Source: Dicyema japonicum (taxonomy: Eukaryota > Animalia > Dicyemida). Taken from it: a stretch of 64,000 bases of DNA. Positions 52,701 to 64,000 of the stretch are shown one piece after another (the first letter of the stretch is position 1; each line of letters begins with the position of its first letter). The DNA lies in the NCBI GenBank assembly GCA_011109175.1, contig RDEW01000003.1, forward strand, positions 1,348,133 through 1,412,132, read 5' to 3'. The translations under genes were made by a program, and so were the position numbers. The notes under the pieces are model-generated. The model was not told where the DNA came from and searched no databases. It saw only the letters and a program-made list of their open reading frames with translations.

Positions 52701-53749
52701 ATGTTTATATCGATATGCGCATTTCAATTATTTATTATCTTAATATCTTCAATTATTCAAGAACAGATGATATTTACAGATAATGGTTTAGATTAGTTAT
52801 TATTTGAACTTAAAAAATAAATGCTCCGAACCATTAGTAAAAAATAGAAAGATATGGGAAACAGGTGATCCACATAGAAAAAAATCAATGTTACGCGCAG
52901 GTATAAATGTAGATCATAAAATGAAAAATAAAGTCGTTAATTATCTACAATATTAAAAATTGCATTTTAAATTTTAGGAGAATTCCAAATTATATAGGGT
53001 GTCATCAAGAAATAAAGTTGTTCTATTTTTACCATCGTCACACATTTATATATATATTTTACCATTTCCTTGATATCTGATGAAAGACATTACTTAGACA
53101 AGATAGAACTTTCTATTTGTGATTATAATCATTCATATTTAGACAATTCTGATATTTATACGATTAAACTTGATCAGAATGTGATACTGAATTTTCGGCA
53201 TTTTTTTTGTCAAACTATTTTTAAACAATTTTCCCCTAATGTGAATCTAAAAATTTCTTACTTAATGTTCCAAATATTCAAACCTAACTAATTAAAGGAA
53301 TTTACAGGCAATGGTTGTTTATTAATATATTTTAGTCCAACAATGCTTCAATTCGAGTAAGCTAACTAAAATTCAAAATAGTAGTCGCTGTTGTTTCATT
53401 AACAGTTGTCATGGTAATATTTATTGCTACTTATTATTTTAACAAGAGGAGAAGACGTTACGAATTTCAGAGTTTNTAATGTTTCAAATATTCAAACCTA
53501 ACAATTTAAAGGAATTTACCGGCGATGGTTGTTTATTAATATATTTTAGTCCAACAATGCTTCAATTCGAGTGAGCTAACTGTCTTGGATAAGCAATTTC
53601 ATAATAAACTAAAATTCAAAATAGTAGTTGCTGTTGTTTCATTAACAGTTGTCGTGGTATTATTTATTGCTACGTATTATTTTAACAAGAAGAGAAGACG
53701 TTACGAATTTCGTAGTTTAGTAACAATTAATTATTAATATTAGCTATAA
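52701..53749 (+). pseudogene. LAMP-like gene B, copy 2 (3' part duplicated across the n at 53476)
   Basis: Paralogue of 19110-19940. One splice acceptor reads TAA instead of TAG (about 52955). The post-n version of the 3' end is intact (KPNNLKEFTGDVQQCF...TM...KKRRRYEF); the pre-n version has a stop and a deletion. Confidence 0.6.
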
Positions 53750-56700
53750 CATGGTGGTCTTGGGTCTCAATAATAAAAATGATTTTCAAAACATAGTAAT
53801 ATTAACAAACATCCTATGCATTCATTTTCTGACGGACGATCCGCAAAGTTCTTTCAATTTTGGAGTAAACAAGATTTACACCGATATCCTCGTACTTACT
53901 TTGTTAAGATTTTCAGATTTTCGTAATTTCGTCCATGTGCAAAAAAAGAAAGACAAGGGTTTCATCTATAATGTATCGAAGAATGTGTTGTAGAATTACC
54001 AATCTCTAAAAACCATTAGTTACATTCTCTGCAACCAACATCGTCAACGAAATAATCAATATTTCCTCATTAATTGACATCAGCTTTCCGTTGATTGTCT
54101 TTAGGGTCCATTTTTATAAAAACAAGAAACAGTCCACATTGTTCTGATAAGTTGTGGCATTATATGTTATATTCGCATGAGGTAAAGATTGTGTAGATGA
54201 AAAGTAAGAAAATGCGGAGTCATTTTTGTTTGTTGTTGAGTTGAGCTTTTCTTGTCGTATAGCGGATTAAAGGAAATTGTCGACTTCACCATTAAAGATG
54301 GATGTTCCTTGGAGAAAAGCAGATATCGTTGCTATCACTTTAGAAAAAGTCGTCCTTCATGCATGTCATTTGACCCCCATTTGGAGGATTCTGCTCTAGT
54401 CCGAAATGCAGGGAAAGTAATTCTGACAGTTCTTGATCTCTACCAATGGTGTTACATGTCATTTGACCCCCATTTGGAGGATTCTGCTCTAGTCCGAAAT
54501 GCAGGGAGAGTAATTCTGACTGTTCTTAATTTCCACCAATGGTGTTATTGTCTAGAAACCAGAAGTTAAGCGACACCCTGATTGTGAGATCTATTAAGGC
54601 AACTAATAGAGTTCAGATACAGTTTCTTTGCTTCCCACTCACTACCCAAAATAGATGGAGACAATGAAACTTGGATTGATCTGTAATACTCCGAACATTG
54701 ACAAAGGAAGTTGTTATCTACGTTCACCATTCAAAAGTTCTAAGGGAAAAATCAAAAGATGTCATGTCTACCCAGCAATGTGACTCAGATTGTATGAGAC
54801 TTTCTCATCAGATCCTTACTTATAACACTGGAATATGGGGAATCTGGAAAAGCGACGAAAAAAGGCTCGACTTTATTAATAGGAATCAACTTCGGTCTCT
54901 TAGGATTATAGTGGTGAATGGTTTTAAAGAGCGAAGCATTGTACAAAGAAAAAGGCTCGACTTTATTGATAGGAATCAACTTCGCGTCTTTTGGGATTAT
55001 AGTGGTGAATGGTTTTAAAGAGCGAAGCATTGTACAAAATATACTTATCTGGATTTCCGATCTTTAAAATGCGCTGGAAATTGTTTGGTCACATTCTAAG
55101 AATGGAGCGAGATGCGCCAGTAAACATCTTCATAAAAAATTCTTTCAAGCATCTGGAAAAACGTTTCCGCGTATAACTTTCTTCGAAGTCCTTAATGAGA
55201 CTTGAAACTATAACAGAACATTAAGAGACGATGTATACCTTAGTTGTCTGCTGGGTCTAGTATTGCATAAAAAAAATATGGAGAGACTAGTATTTTAGAT
55301 CATACCAACACATCACAAATAAAATTATAGCTCATATTATTCCAATAATATTACCTTTCTGAATACTGGAGTGTATAGAACAAGGAAATGACTAGAAATA
55401 ATGTTCACATAGAGAATGTCTCACTTAAATCACTATATGGCTCTCCAATAATAACCATCTTTTACGATTTATCCAGTACTTCAATATATTACGTGAAAAA
55501 CTCCGACATAGAATTACTAAGTTGTCCTTTTGATGGGTCTAAATATCCCCTGTCTATTTAGAAGGAAAATCTAATCGGTACTTTTTTTTATTTTTCGAGG
55601 AGGGCGGTGATTAAGATTAGCCTCGAAGTCAATGTAAAGGAAAGAATGATGACTATGCTGTAGACAAAAATGAAGGTTTCTCTTTTGAGACATTACATAT
55701 ATAAATACATTTTTATCCCTAAATTTATTACATAGATCAATGGTCTCCAACTTTTTTGTTGCCTTGGAACGGTAAATGTTAGACAATTTTGCCGCAGCTC
55801 GAAGGTAGATTTTAAATTTGCAACCTACATGTGCCAGCGTACGACAATATGAAAAGAAAAAACTCGAAATATATTAAAAATCCCATTGATAGTTTACATT
55901 GTAAATTTACTTTATTTTTTCAAACTAAATACAGTACACCAAAAAAACTAATAAACGTTCTATGAACATTTTAATTTACTAGAACACCGAGTAAATGTAA
56001 CTAATCAAAAAAAGTGACGTCATTCAATGGAGTTTGAAAACGATCACGGTTCGATTTCTACTAATAGCTCAGTAATTAACGAGCTCCTTAGACTATTCGG
56101 AAGGAAGGTTTCTCTACGAGGATGGTCGTATCTACTGTCAAGACTTGCAGTTGTATCATATAAATTCATGTCTATATTAACATAATTAGACAATAGGATG
56201 CGAAGCTTTCTTCTTGTACCTTCAAAACTTTTAGAAGATTGGCAATCTCTTATCCGGATACGCATACTAGTTTTGGGCAAAATAAACTTGACGGACACTA
56301 AGAGGCTTCATCATTTGTAGCTACTTTTTTTTAGTAAACGTTTTCTTAGCTTGAAACCACTGAAGTAAAAATAAATCAGACAACTTTCACTGAGAAAAAT
56401 AAAAAATAGTTCATTTTCCAATATTCAATATTAAAATTTGAATAATTATAAAATTTTCAAAACAAAAGTTTTATTAAATTTAATAGCAATGTCGAGAGTA
56501 GATTAAAGTAAATTAATAAACATAATCAAGTTATTCATAGAATATTGAAGAAATAAGATACTAAACAAAATAATAATAACAGCCTTTTTTCACTAGCCAT
56601 GGTATTAGCTCCGCACAGGTAGGACACACACTTTATTTAAGTAAAAAACAGTTAATTTTAACTAATCGTAAAACCAAGGAATGATATTCACTTCTATTTT

Positions 56701-56884
56701 CTTTTTCTTGTGTGTGGGTCATTTCTAGACAATCCAGTTCCGAAGTGAGAGTCTACTGATGACGACGTCACTCGTTAAGCCTTTTAACTAAACATCACAT
56801 CTTAAAAAAATAAATTATTATTAAAAACAAGTAATTATAATAAAGTTTAATAAATTCTAATTAATTTATATATTTTGAAACGAA

Positions 56885-59340
56885 ATGCAAATTTTTTCAT
56901 TGTATGCACTTATCATAAATGATTTTCGAAAAAAGATTGATGTGACCAAATACGATTGCTTAAATTCCAATTCAAAGATAATGATTTCTAAAAGAATAAA
57001 ATATGAGAAAAAACATATGAAAGAGATCAATTCGCAAATGATATTATCAATTTTCGATGATTTCTCGATATTGAATAAATGTACAGAAGTACGTTACAAC
57101 ATTTATTGCCTCGATTTGTCCAACAATCAAATTGATATTAAAGATTTATCAAATTTTTGCCAATATTTACCAAATTTAACGAATATTAAATTAGCTAAAA
57201 TATCATCATCTGAGAATGTGCCTCATCTGCAGTATTTTCCAAATAATATCAATTCTTTCACTCTTTTGGATTATGATGACCCAATTTTATTACATTTGTT
57301 AATTAAAAGCGGATTTAATGAAATTAAATCGCTTGAACTTCTATCAAATTCTCCACTAACAAAAATTTCTCCAACTACAATTTATTGCTGCACAATCAAA
57401 TTGATCAAAGAACTCGAATTTATTAATTTTGACAATGTTCTTATTTCCAAATTCGAAGATTTTTCCGAAAGTCTTAACAGTCCAGAATCTTTAAAGTTTT
57501 TTGTTTGTTTGGTATATGAAGATACTTTTCGTATACAAACAGCAAAAGTGTCCATAATTTGAGCTGTGATTTTATACCTTTGTTAATATTATCCAAGAAT
57601 TTAGAATTCTTTGATTTGTCTGGATTCTCAATTAATTATGAATTATTAAACCCGTATTTTAACTACTGATTTTAGAGAATTGTTCAAAATAGGAATTCAG
57701 CAGTTTAGTTACGATAAAATTTCGCAATTTTTCAAAAATAATGACAAAGTCATATAATTATGATTTATTACAGATTAAATCAAATTTTTTGATGCATAAT
57801 TTGGTCAATGCTATTTTTTATTTCGAGCATAAAGATGAGTTTATTTGTTATACATTAAATAATATTCGTGAATGTGATTCTGAAATTCGATCTTCACTTT
57901 ATAAACTATTTTTGAGGGTAGTTGGTAAGTTTACTACAGTTTATTTGTCGGTTGTTGACAACATCAAAAAATCCTAATCTAATTCGAGAAATTATGTAAT
58001 TTTGTTAGTAAATTTTGTAGGTATTGTCTGGACTCCAAAATAAGTGATGAGCTCATTTCTCAATCTTATCGATGGTTAGAAATTATGTAAACCTAGCCTT
58101 ATTTATGAAGCCTTACTTGTTGTTTTAAAAACTTATTGTTGTGATTATGTTGTAATTACATTTATAAGTTTTAAGTTCTCCAAACAATTAAATCATATGA
58201 TGTGCGTCATAAAACCCTGGGAATTATTCAATTTTGTATTTTGGCTAACTCATTTTAGTTTCAGTAGATTTCATTTTTTATTCATACAATCTCAACCCTG
58301 TCTCATACGATTGTTAATTTTTATACTTCATTTGATGTCTTATATCATCCAATGAAGAATCTAAGTGTCGAAATTTTGTCTTATTTGGGATTTTATGGCA
58401 CTATAGAGATAGTTGTGAGATTTAAATCAGTCATTTGTCGATTATATTGATATGTCTGAAGAATTGATAGATGATTTATTTTGTAATCTTTCCTGGAGAA
58501 TCATTTAGTATCTTCTTGGTAAATTTGTTTTATTTGTGTAATAGATGATAACCTTAGAGATGCTACCTTGTTTGTTGAATTTGAAGGGATTGGTTTGATT
58601 CAAGATTTTTTTGAAAAATTTAAGAAAAATGATGCCAGTTTATTTTCAGTTTTTAATGATATTGAAAATTTAACTAAATTCAAGAAAATTCGACCTCTTG
58701 TTTGGAATAGTAGATTGGTTCTTTAATTAATGTATGTTTTGAGTTAGATTGAAAAGAAACACGCCTATCAAGAATATTGGCCACATATCTATAATATCAT
58801 TTGTAATTCTTAGTGGAACTTAATGATTGATTCTATTGAAGCTTCGTTCGATCAAAGTTTGTCTAAACAGATTCTAGATTTAATCTCTAATTTTACTATT
58901 TGGAATCATAATGATAACTTTTATGACAAACATCATCGGTATTACATAAATTTAATTAAAGTCGATTGATACTCTCGTGGAACTTTTTAATGAACAATTT
59001 GACCAAAGATTATGGCTTAGGGCAATTTTGGATTGCTTAGTGATGATTCGCTATAATCGTAATATTTGTTAATGAAATAGCTCACAAATTTGTGCCAATG
59101 ATAATGTCTAAAAATGTCCGTAGTAATATCGTCAATGTATGCTTACTTTCTGATATGAGACGTCTACATAAACATGCTAAGAAATTTATTAAATTATATG
59201 ATGTATTGTTTTTATTATTTTAGAAATATATTCGTGACCATTAATATCCTGCGTTATATTTATTTAATATATTTTGTCAGATTTTTTAACATTTAATAAT
59301 CAATTTTTTTTACAAAAGAGAAACGTAAAAACTAAGTTAG
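56885..59340 (+). CDS. LRR protein gene (225-aa open 5' ORF 56885-57562; downstream disrupted or spliced)
   Basis: YCLDLSNNQIDIKDLSNFCQYLPNLTNIKL and IKSLELLSN; N/I/F/K-rich; homologous to 27500-29930 (-). Confidence 0.65.
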
Positions 59341-59569
59341 TAACCTCTGGCCGCTCTCATAATTGAAAACGCATTNTTTCCGATATGAGACGTCTACATA
59401 AACATGCTAAGAAATTTATTAAATTATATGATGTATTGTTTTTATTATTTCAGAAATATATTCGTGACCATTAATATCCTGCGTTATATTTATTTAATAT
59501 ATTTTGTCAGATTTTTTAACATTTAATAATCAATTTTTTTACAAAAGAAAAACGTATAACTAAGTTAGC

Positions 59570-60230
59570 AACCTCTGGCCGCTCTCATAATTGAAAACGC
59601 ATTTTTCCTCACGATTTGCAAGGAAATGCGCTCAATAAGCCAGCTCCTTTCTCTTTTATCGTTTTTCTTCTTCGCGTAATCCTGTTTAGCAGGGTCAGTA
59701 ACCTGCTTCCAATTATTTTTGTCGTTTCGACTGCCACTGGTTCGAGGATGAATTGTCCTCCAAGACATGCGTATTTTTTATTTTTAAGCTGAGCCTGGGT
59801 CAGTTGCTGTCGTTGAGAGGTTTAAGGGGGAGAGGCTATCGACACAGATGGCGTCACAGGCAAGGTATTTATCACTCTCCATGGGAAGAGAGTGGTTCCT
59901 TCGGTTAGCTTGAGCAAGTCCAAGTGGCTCCAATTAGACAGGATATCAGACAGCTTCAAGTCTACAAGCGATAAATCCATTGATTGCGGTGTGTCTAGTA
60001 CTCCCCGACCGGAGAGAACGTGAAGACCTTTCGCTTTGACCATTCCTCCACATCTACACCGATAGGTCGTACAAACGTCTATTCCGAGATGGACGGAAAC
60101 CCCATTCCTCGTCGCGTCGTCATCCAATAGTGTCCCAAAAAAGCTTTGTGCCAGGCTCCACTCTCGTTCGTCGAAGCACAAGCCAGACAAGTTAGACGAT
60201 GCTGATCAAGCACAGGTTTTATCTCTTCTA
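59570..60230 (-). mobile_element. CRE relic (zinc knuckle to C-terminus)
   Basis: LGIDVCTTYRCRCGGMVKAKGLHVLS and RERSWLIERISLQIVRKNAFSIMRAARG. Confidence 0.8.
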
Positions 60231-60649
60231 TGATCTTGAGCATAAAAGCTTGTCTCATTCTCGTTGTTTATTATTGTTCTTAGGAAATTCACACCCAATC
60301 GCTTCTAGAAGCTTACTGAATAAATTTTAATCTCTTTTGATCGTGAAAAGAGATTGAATAGAAGAGTCAAATTTTGAATTGGAGAGTTAATTATTAAAAA
60401 AATCTCACAAAAATTTCTAAATTTCTAATTCAATATTCTCCGTATGGACAAGAGAAAAAGGATCTATGGGAAATCGTCAATGAGATTTATGAATACTTGG
60501 AACAGTCCAATTGTTCTCTAATACTTAAAATTTACTAATTTTCGTTTGCCTTTTTTATGTATGATCGTCGGCTTGCATTTTCGGTCCTGCTCAGAAATTA
60601 TGAATATCTCAATACAGTAGAATTATTTAAAACTGCCATCCATCCAAAG

Positions 60650-61440
60650 TAGACCCCGCTGACATTATTGACGTTGAGTTGCCTCTCACGATTGCAACAG
60701 AGATCAACTGGAGTAGCTACCGGGTCTCACGTGGGTCGTGGCTTTTTAGTGTAGCTAAGCGTCCAAGTTCCTTTTGGAAGCGAAGCGATTTTTCACTTAT
60801 TCCTCCAGTTGTCTTGACCACTATCGGATAAAACGCGAATCAGTCGCGTAGCTTCGTATTTCTTCTCCATGGCCCTCATCGTTTTTTCGGCAGAATACAG
60901 TGTGTCTACCGCGCTCCCGACAATGTTGGACGGGCAAAGCGTGTCGACGCAAGTAGCGTCCCAGACCAAAGGTTTCCCCTCGTCGAATGGGAAAATTGTG
61001 ATCCCGTCGGGACGTTTTCCGTCTTCTCTGTCTAGGCCAACAGGTTCTAGTATGGCTGGGTATCCCGCAGACTCCAGGGCTCGCTTGACAATTCCGTTGA
61101 TCGCCTTGTGTCTTAGGAATCATCCTGCACTTCTTCGACAAGAGAGGGCATGGTGTCCATAACAATCGACGGTTGCTCCACACCGGCATTTGTGAATCTC
61201 CAGTCCAAGTCTGGTGGAGATTCCGATCGGACAGTATCGTCGTCAAGGTGGGTCCCGACACTGCCAACTGGGAGTGCATTGATCCATGCGCCACTCTCTT
61301 CGCATTTTCCATTGACTAGACAGGCACGTATGTGTTGGTTTGATTGGTTCAGAGCCTCTCATATTTATCCTCGCTGATGGTCCTGTAACGATCTTTCTGC
61401 TCAGGCATTATCCCCTTCAAATGCTCCATATCTGTGATTT
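60650..61440 (-). mobile_element. CRE relic (RLE domain)
   Basis: RHKAINGIVKRALESAGYPAILEPVGLDREDGKRPDGITIFPFDEGKPLVWDATCVDTL...KKYEATRL...ISVAIVRGNS. Confidence 0.9.
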
Positions 61441-61539
61441 CAGATGATTATGTTTGGAGTCGGAGAATCATCCTGATCAGTAGTAGATATAATTTATTTA
61501 TTAACTACGACACTTTTTACAACGTTATTTTACTATTAT

Positions 61540-63115
61540 AGCACTTTTGTGGGAGCTCTTCACGTAATATACTGAAGTAGTGGATAAATCGTAAAAGATG
61601 GTTATTGTTGGAGAGCCATAAGGTTGACTCAAGTGAGACAACCCCCATGGTAACATTCTTTCTTGTCATTTCCTTGTTCTATAAAGTTCGGTATTGTAAC
61701 CGTCAAGTCAATAAGGCAATATTATTATAATAATATAAGTTATAATTCTATTCGTGCCGCGTTGGTATGATCTGAGATACTAGTCTCTCCCATTATTGCC
61801 TATGCGACAACAGACTCAGCAGACAACTGAGGTCTACATCGTCCCTTAATGTTCTGTTAAAAGTTTCAATTCTCATTAAGGACTTCGAGAAGAGTTATAC
61901 GCGGAAACTTTTCCCTAGAAGTTTGAAAGAATTTTTCCAGAAAAATGTTTGCTGGCGTATCTCGCTACATTCTTAGAATGTGACCAAACAGTTTCCAACG
62001 TATCTATCTCTACACATTCTTCGATACATAATGGATGAAAACCCATTATCAGTAAATATCATTTGTTTTTGAATAATTGGAGCTATTAAGATAATTAATA
62101 ATTCAAATGCGCATATGGATATGGACATTTATAGGTTAACATAAATTTATTTTACAGAGATTATTATTATATATATATTTAATAAATTCTTTAAAAATTA
62201 ATTCAAATGCGCATATGGATATTGACATTTATAGGTTAACATAAATTTATTTTACAGAGATTATTATTATATATATATTTAATAAATTCTTTAAAAATAT
62301 CTTAATATTAAATATTTTCGATTTCTTTAAGCAAATCCAAACACAAAAATAAAATTATTATGACAACTTGTGACCTGTTTGAATGCTATCATCAATCCTT
62401 TCCAGCCCCATAGAAAGGGAACGTTTGAACAGATTAACGATTTTGTTTTTAAGATAACCATCCCTAGACTCGATGAAAATAAAATACTACGCAGGCCCCC
62501 TTCTCCAATCGACCATTCAGAATCCTCACTTCCAAAAAGATCCGGATAAACCTGTCTAATCTACGATGTGAGGACCACACCTTTCGACTGACGTAAGTAT
62601 CACCAGATAAAGACTGACCGATCTATGGGAGAGGACAGCCTTCGCTTTATCCATCCTGAATGGGAATAGCGACGCAGTCAGGGATACCGGTGTATGACCA
62701 ATTTTTCACTTTTCTTGTTTTGAAGATTAAAGTAATATCTGGGTTTGTTAGTAAGTTTTTATTTCATTTCTGCTAACTATGTTTTTGGTTCGTTAACTTC
62801 TGACGGATAGATTTAATGATATAACTATTATAGTTAATATCATGGATTATTTCATCATAAGTTCCATCAACAACATTAAAATAAATATTACTTGAGAAAA
62901 TTTTGAAAGTAAAATAAATATAAAAATTAAAGCCGCATTAACAAAATATACAGACATTCATTATATAAGCAGCATAAAAGGAATTCATACACAAATCGTT
63001 AACGAAATTATTAATAAATTTTTGTGCTTTTGAGTTCTTAAATTGGATAGGACAAGTTATTCAATTTAATAATTGGTCGGGCTGCTATTCCACTAAATGT
63101 CTAATTAATTTCATA
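61540..63115 (-). repeat. Third, inverted and internally deleted copy of the duplicated segment
   Basis: The reverse complement matches 18205-19200, a short piece of about 20172-20190, then 22725-23150. Confidence 0.85.
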
Positions 63116-63124
63116 TTTTTTTTT

Positions 63125-64000
63125 TATTAACAAAATTTTTTTAACAATTAAACAAATGTCAGTTGAGGAAGCCTGCTGCGTGAATTTCAAACGAGTTCCC
63201 TCGTAGTATGGCTATTCCGATCTTTTGTCTTAGCCTTAACCCTTCTCGTAGATCCCTTTTCTTTCTGGCAAGCAATCCTCCGAGTTCTTGCAAGAATTCA
63301 GCCGTCATTGCACCAACGGCTCCCGATGATTCGGTCGCAACAGGAGTAAATCGGTAGCGATCCCCGAGGCAAGAATATTTCTTGATTTTTAGTTTTTCCG
63401 CGGTCGAAGCAGCTGCTCCAGGTGTCTGAACCGATTTAAAAATGTTCATGCTTGAGAACGTGTTTATGCAAGTTGCCTCCCAGACCAAAGATCTTCCAGA
63501 CATGAAGGGGAAAAGGGTCATCCCGTCAGGTCTCTTCCCATCTCCTCGATCAAGACCCACTGGTTCAAGCTGTGCTGGGAAGCCTGAAGCCTTCAGAGCT
63601 CTGACGATCACATCATTCAGAGCGGCATGACGTGGTCCCTTTCCGGCGCTTTTCTGCAGGACAGCGTGTGCAATCCTTTCGCATCGACTGTTTTCCCGCA
63701 TCGGCATCGGTGCTCCTGGCAAACGTCTAGTCCCAGCCTTTGTCCGATTCCAATTCTCAAAGAATCGTCGTCCAAAAAGGTCCCGAGGTTTGGGCAAGGT
63801 ATTTCACCAAGCCATGCTCCACTCCCTCGACTTGATGCTGACACCAAACAAGCCAGACGATGTTGATTTGCTTCTTTCTTAAGGTCTTCCAAAATTTTGG
63901 AGCAGACAATGTCATCCCAATTTCTTTGCTTCGTTGTGTCTTCTGGGATTTTGAGTCCGGACCCGTTCCATTTCCGACAAGCTTCGTCAAATGACTCATT
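63125..64000 (-). mobile_element. CRE-clade non-LTR retrotransposon, 3' portion, least decayed copy (runs off the window end)
   Basis: GSGAWL..PCPNLGTFLDDDSLRIGIGQRLG..CRCGKTVDAKGLHTLSC..RHAALNDVI..LEPVGLDRGDGKRPDGMTLFPF..LVWEATCINT..KIKKY..FTPVATESSG..GNSFEIHAAGFLN*, then a short 3' UTR and A-rich tail; frameshift near 63650. Confidence 0.92.

Larger units (their letters stand above)
48945..56790 (+). repeat. Segmental duplication, copy 2 (matches 15325-20296, 21918-24247 and 26167-26370)
   Basis: Collinear with copy 1 but lacks both the LINE and the 24248-26166 block; starts just after the single n at 48896. Confidence 0.95.

Noticed and set aside
53262-53715. Apparent exon duplication in LAMP-like gene B around the n at 53476
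   Set aside because: Most likely two alleles or paralogues joined at a scaffold junction, not a real exon duplication.
15300-59340. Alternative genetic code (stop-codon reassignment) to explain the many in-frame stops
   Set aside because: The spliced TPR exons I walked read cleanly in the standard code, and the stops in relics come with frameshifts and mostly differ between copies, which indicates decay.
59146-59604. About 230-bp tandem duplication around the n at 59376
   Set aside because: Same assembly-junction signature.
1-64000. CRISPR array, rRNA, telomeric repeats or prokaryotic defence genes
   Set aside because: No regularly spaced repeat-spacer array or rRNA motifs were seen. The PD-(D/E)xK-type motifs belong to retrotransposon endonucleases.

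Overview
AT-rich eukaryotic nuclear DNA, not prokaryotic: no operons, rRNA or CRISPR seen. One clearly intact conserved gene is present, a metazoan-type nucleoprotein TPR (nuclear basket) gene at about 6.9-13.9 kb, broken by many ultra-short (21-25 nt) GT-AG introns. That points to a reduced animal parasite; a myxozoan is most plausible and a dicyemid is the alternative (inference). The rest is a rearranged graveyard of three kinds of sequence. (i) Decayed retroelements: CRE-clade and R4/Dong-like elements with restriction-like endonucleases, RTE-like and Jockey/I-like LINEs, plus a MULE transposase and an rve integrase relic. (ii) An approximately 8-9 kb segment present twice (15.3-24.2 kb and 48.9-56.6 kb), with a third, inverted, deleted piece at 61.5-63.1 kb. 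It carries two intron-containing genes for LAMP-like type I membrane proteins, next to an LRR gene family present in both orientations and possible Vps10/sortilin-type relics. (iii) Decayed fragments of housekeeping genes (eIF2B epsilon; possibly CHD1). The assembly has one N-gap and four single-n joins, most with duplicated flanks, so some duplications may be artefacts. All protein-family calls come from manual translation and remembered motifs; no searches were run.
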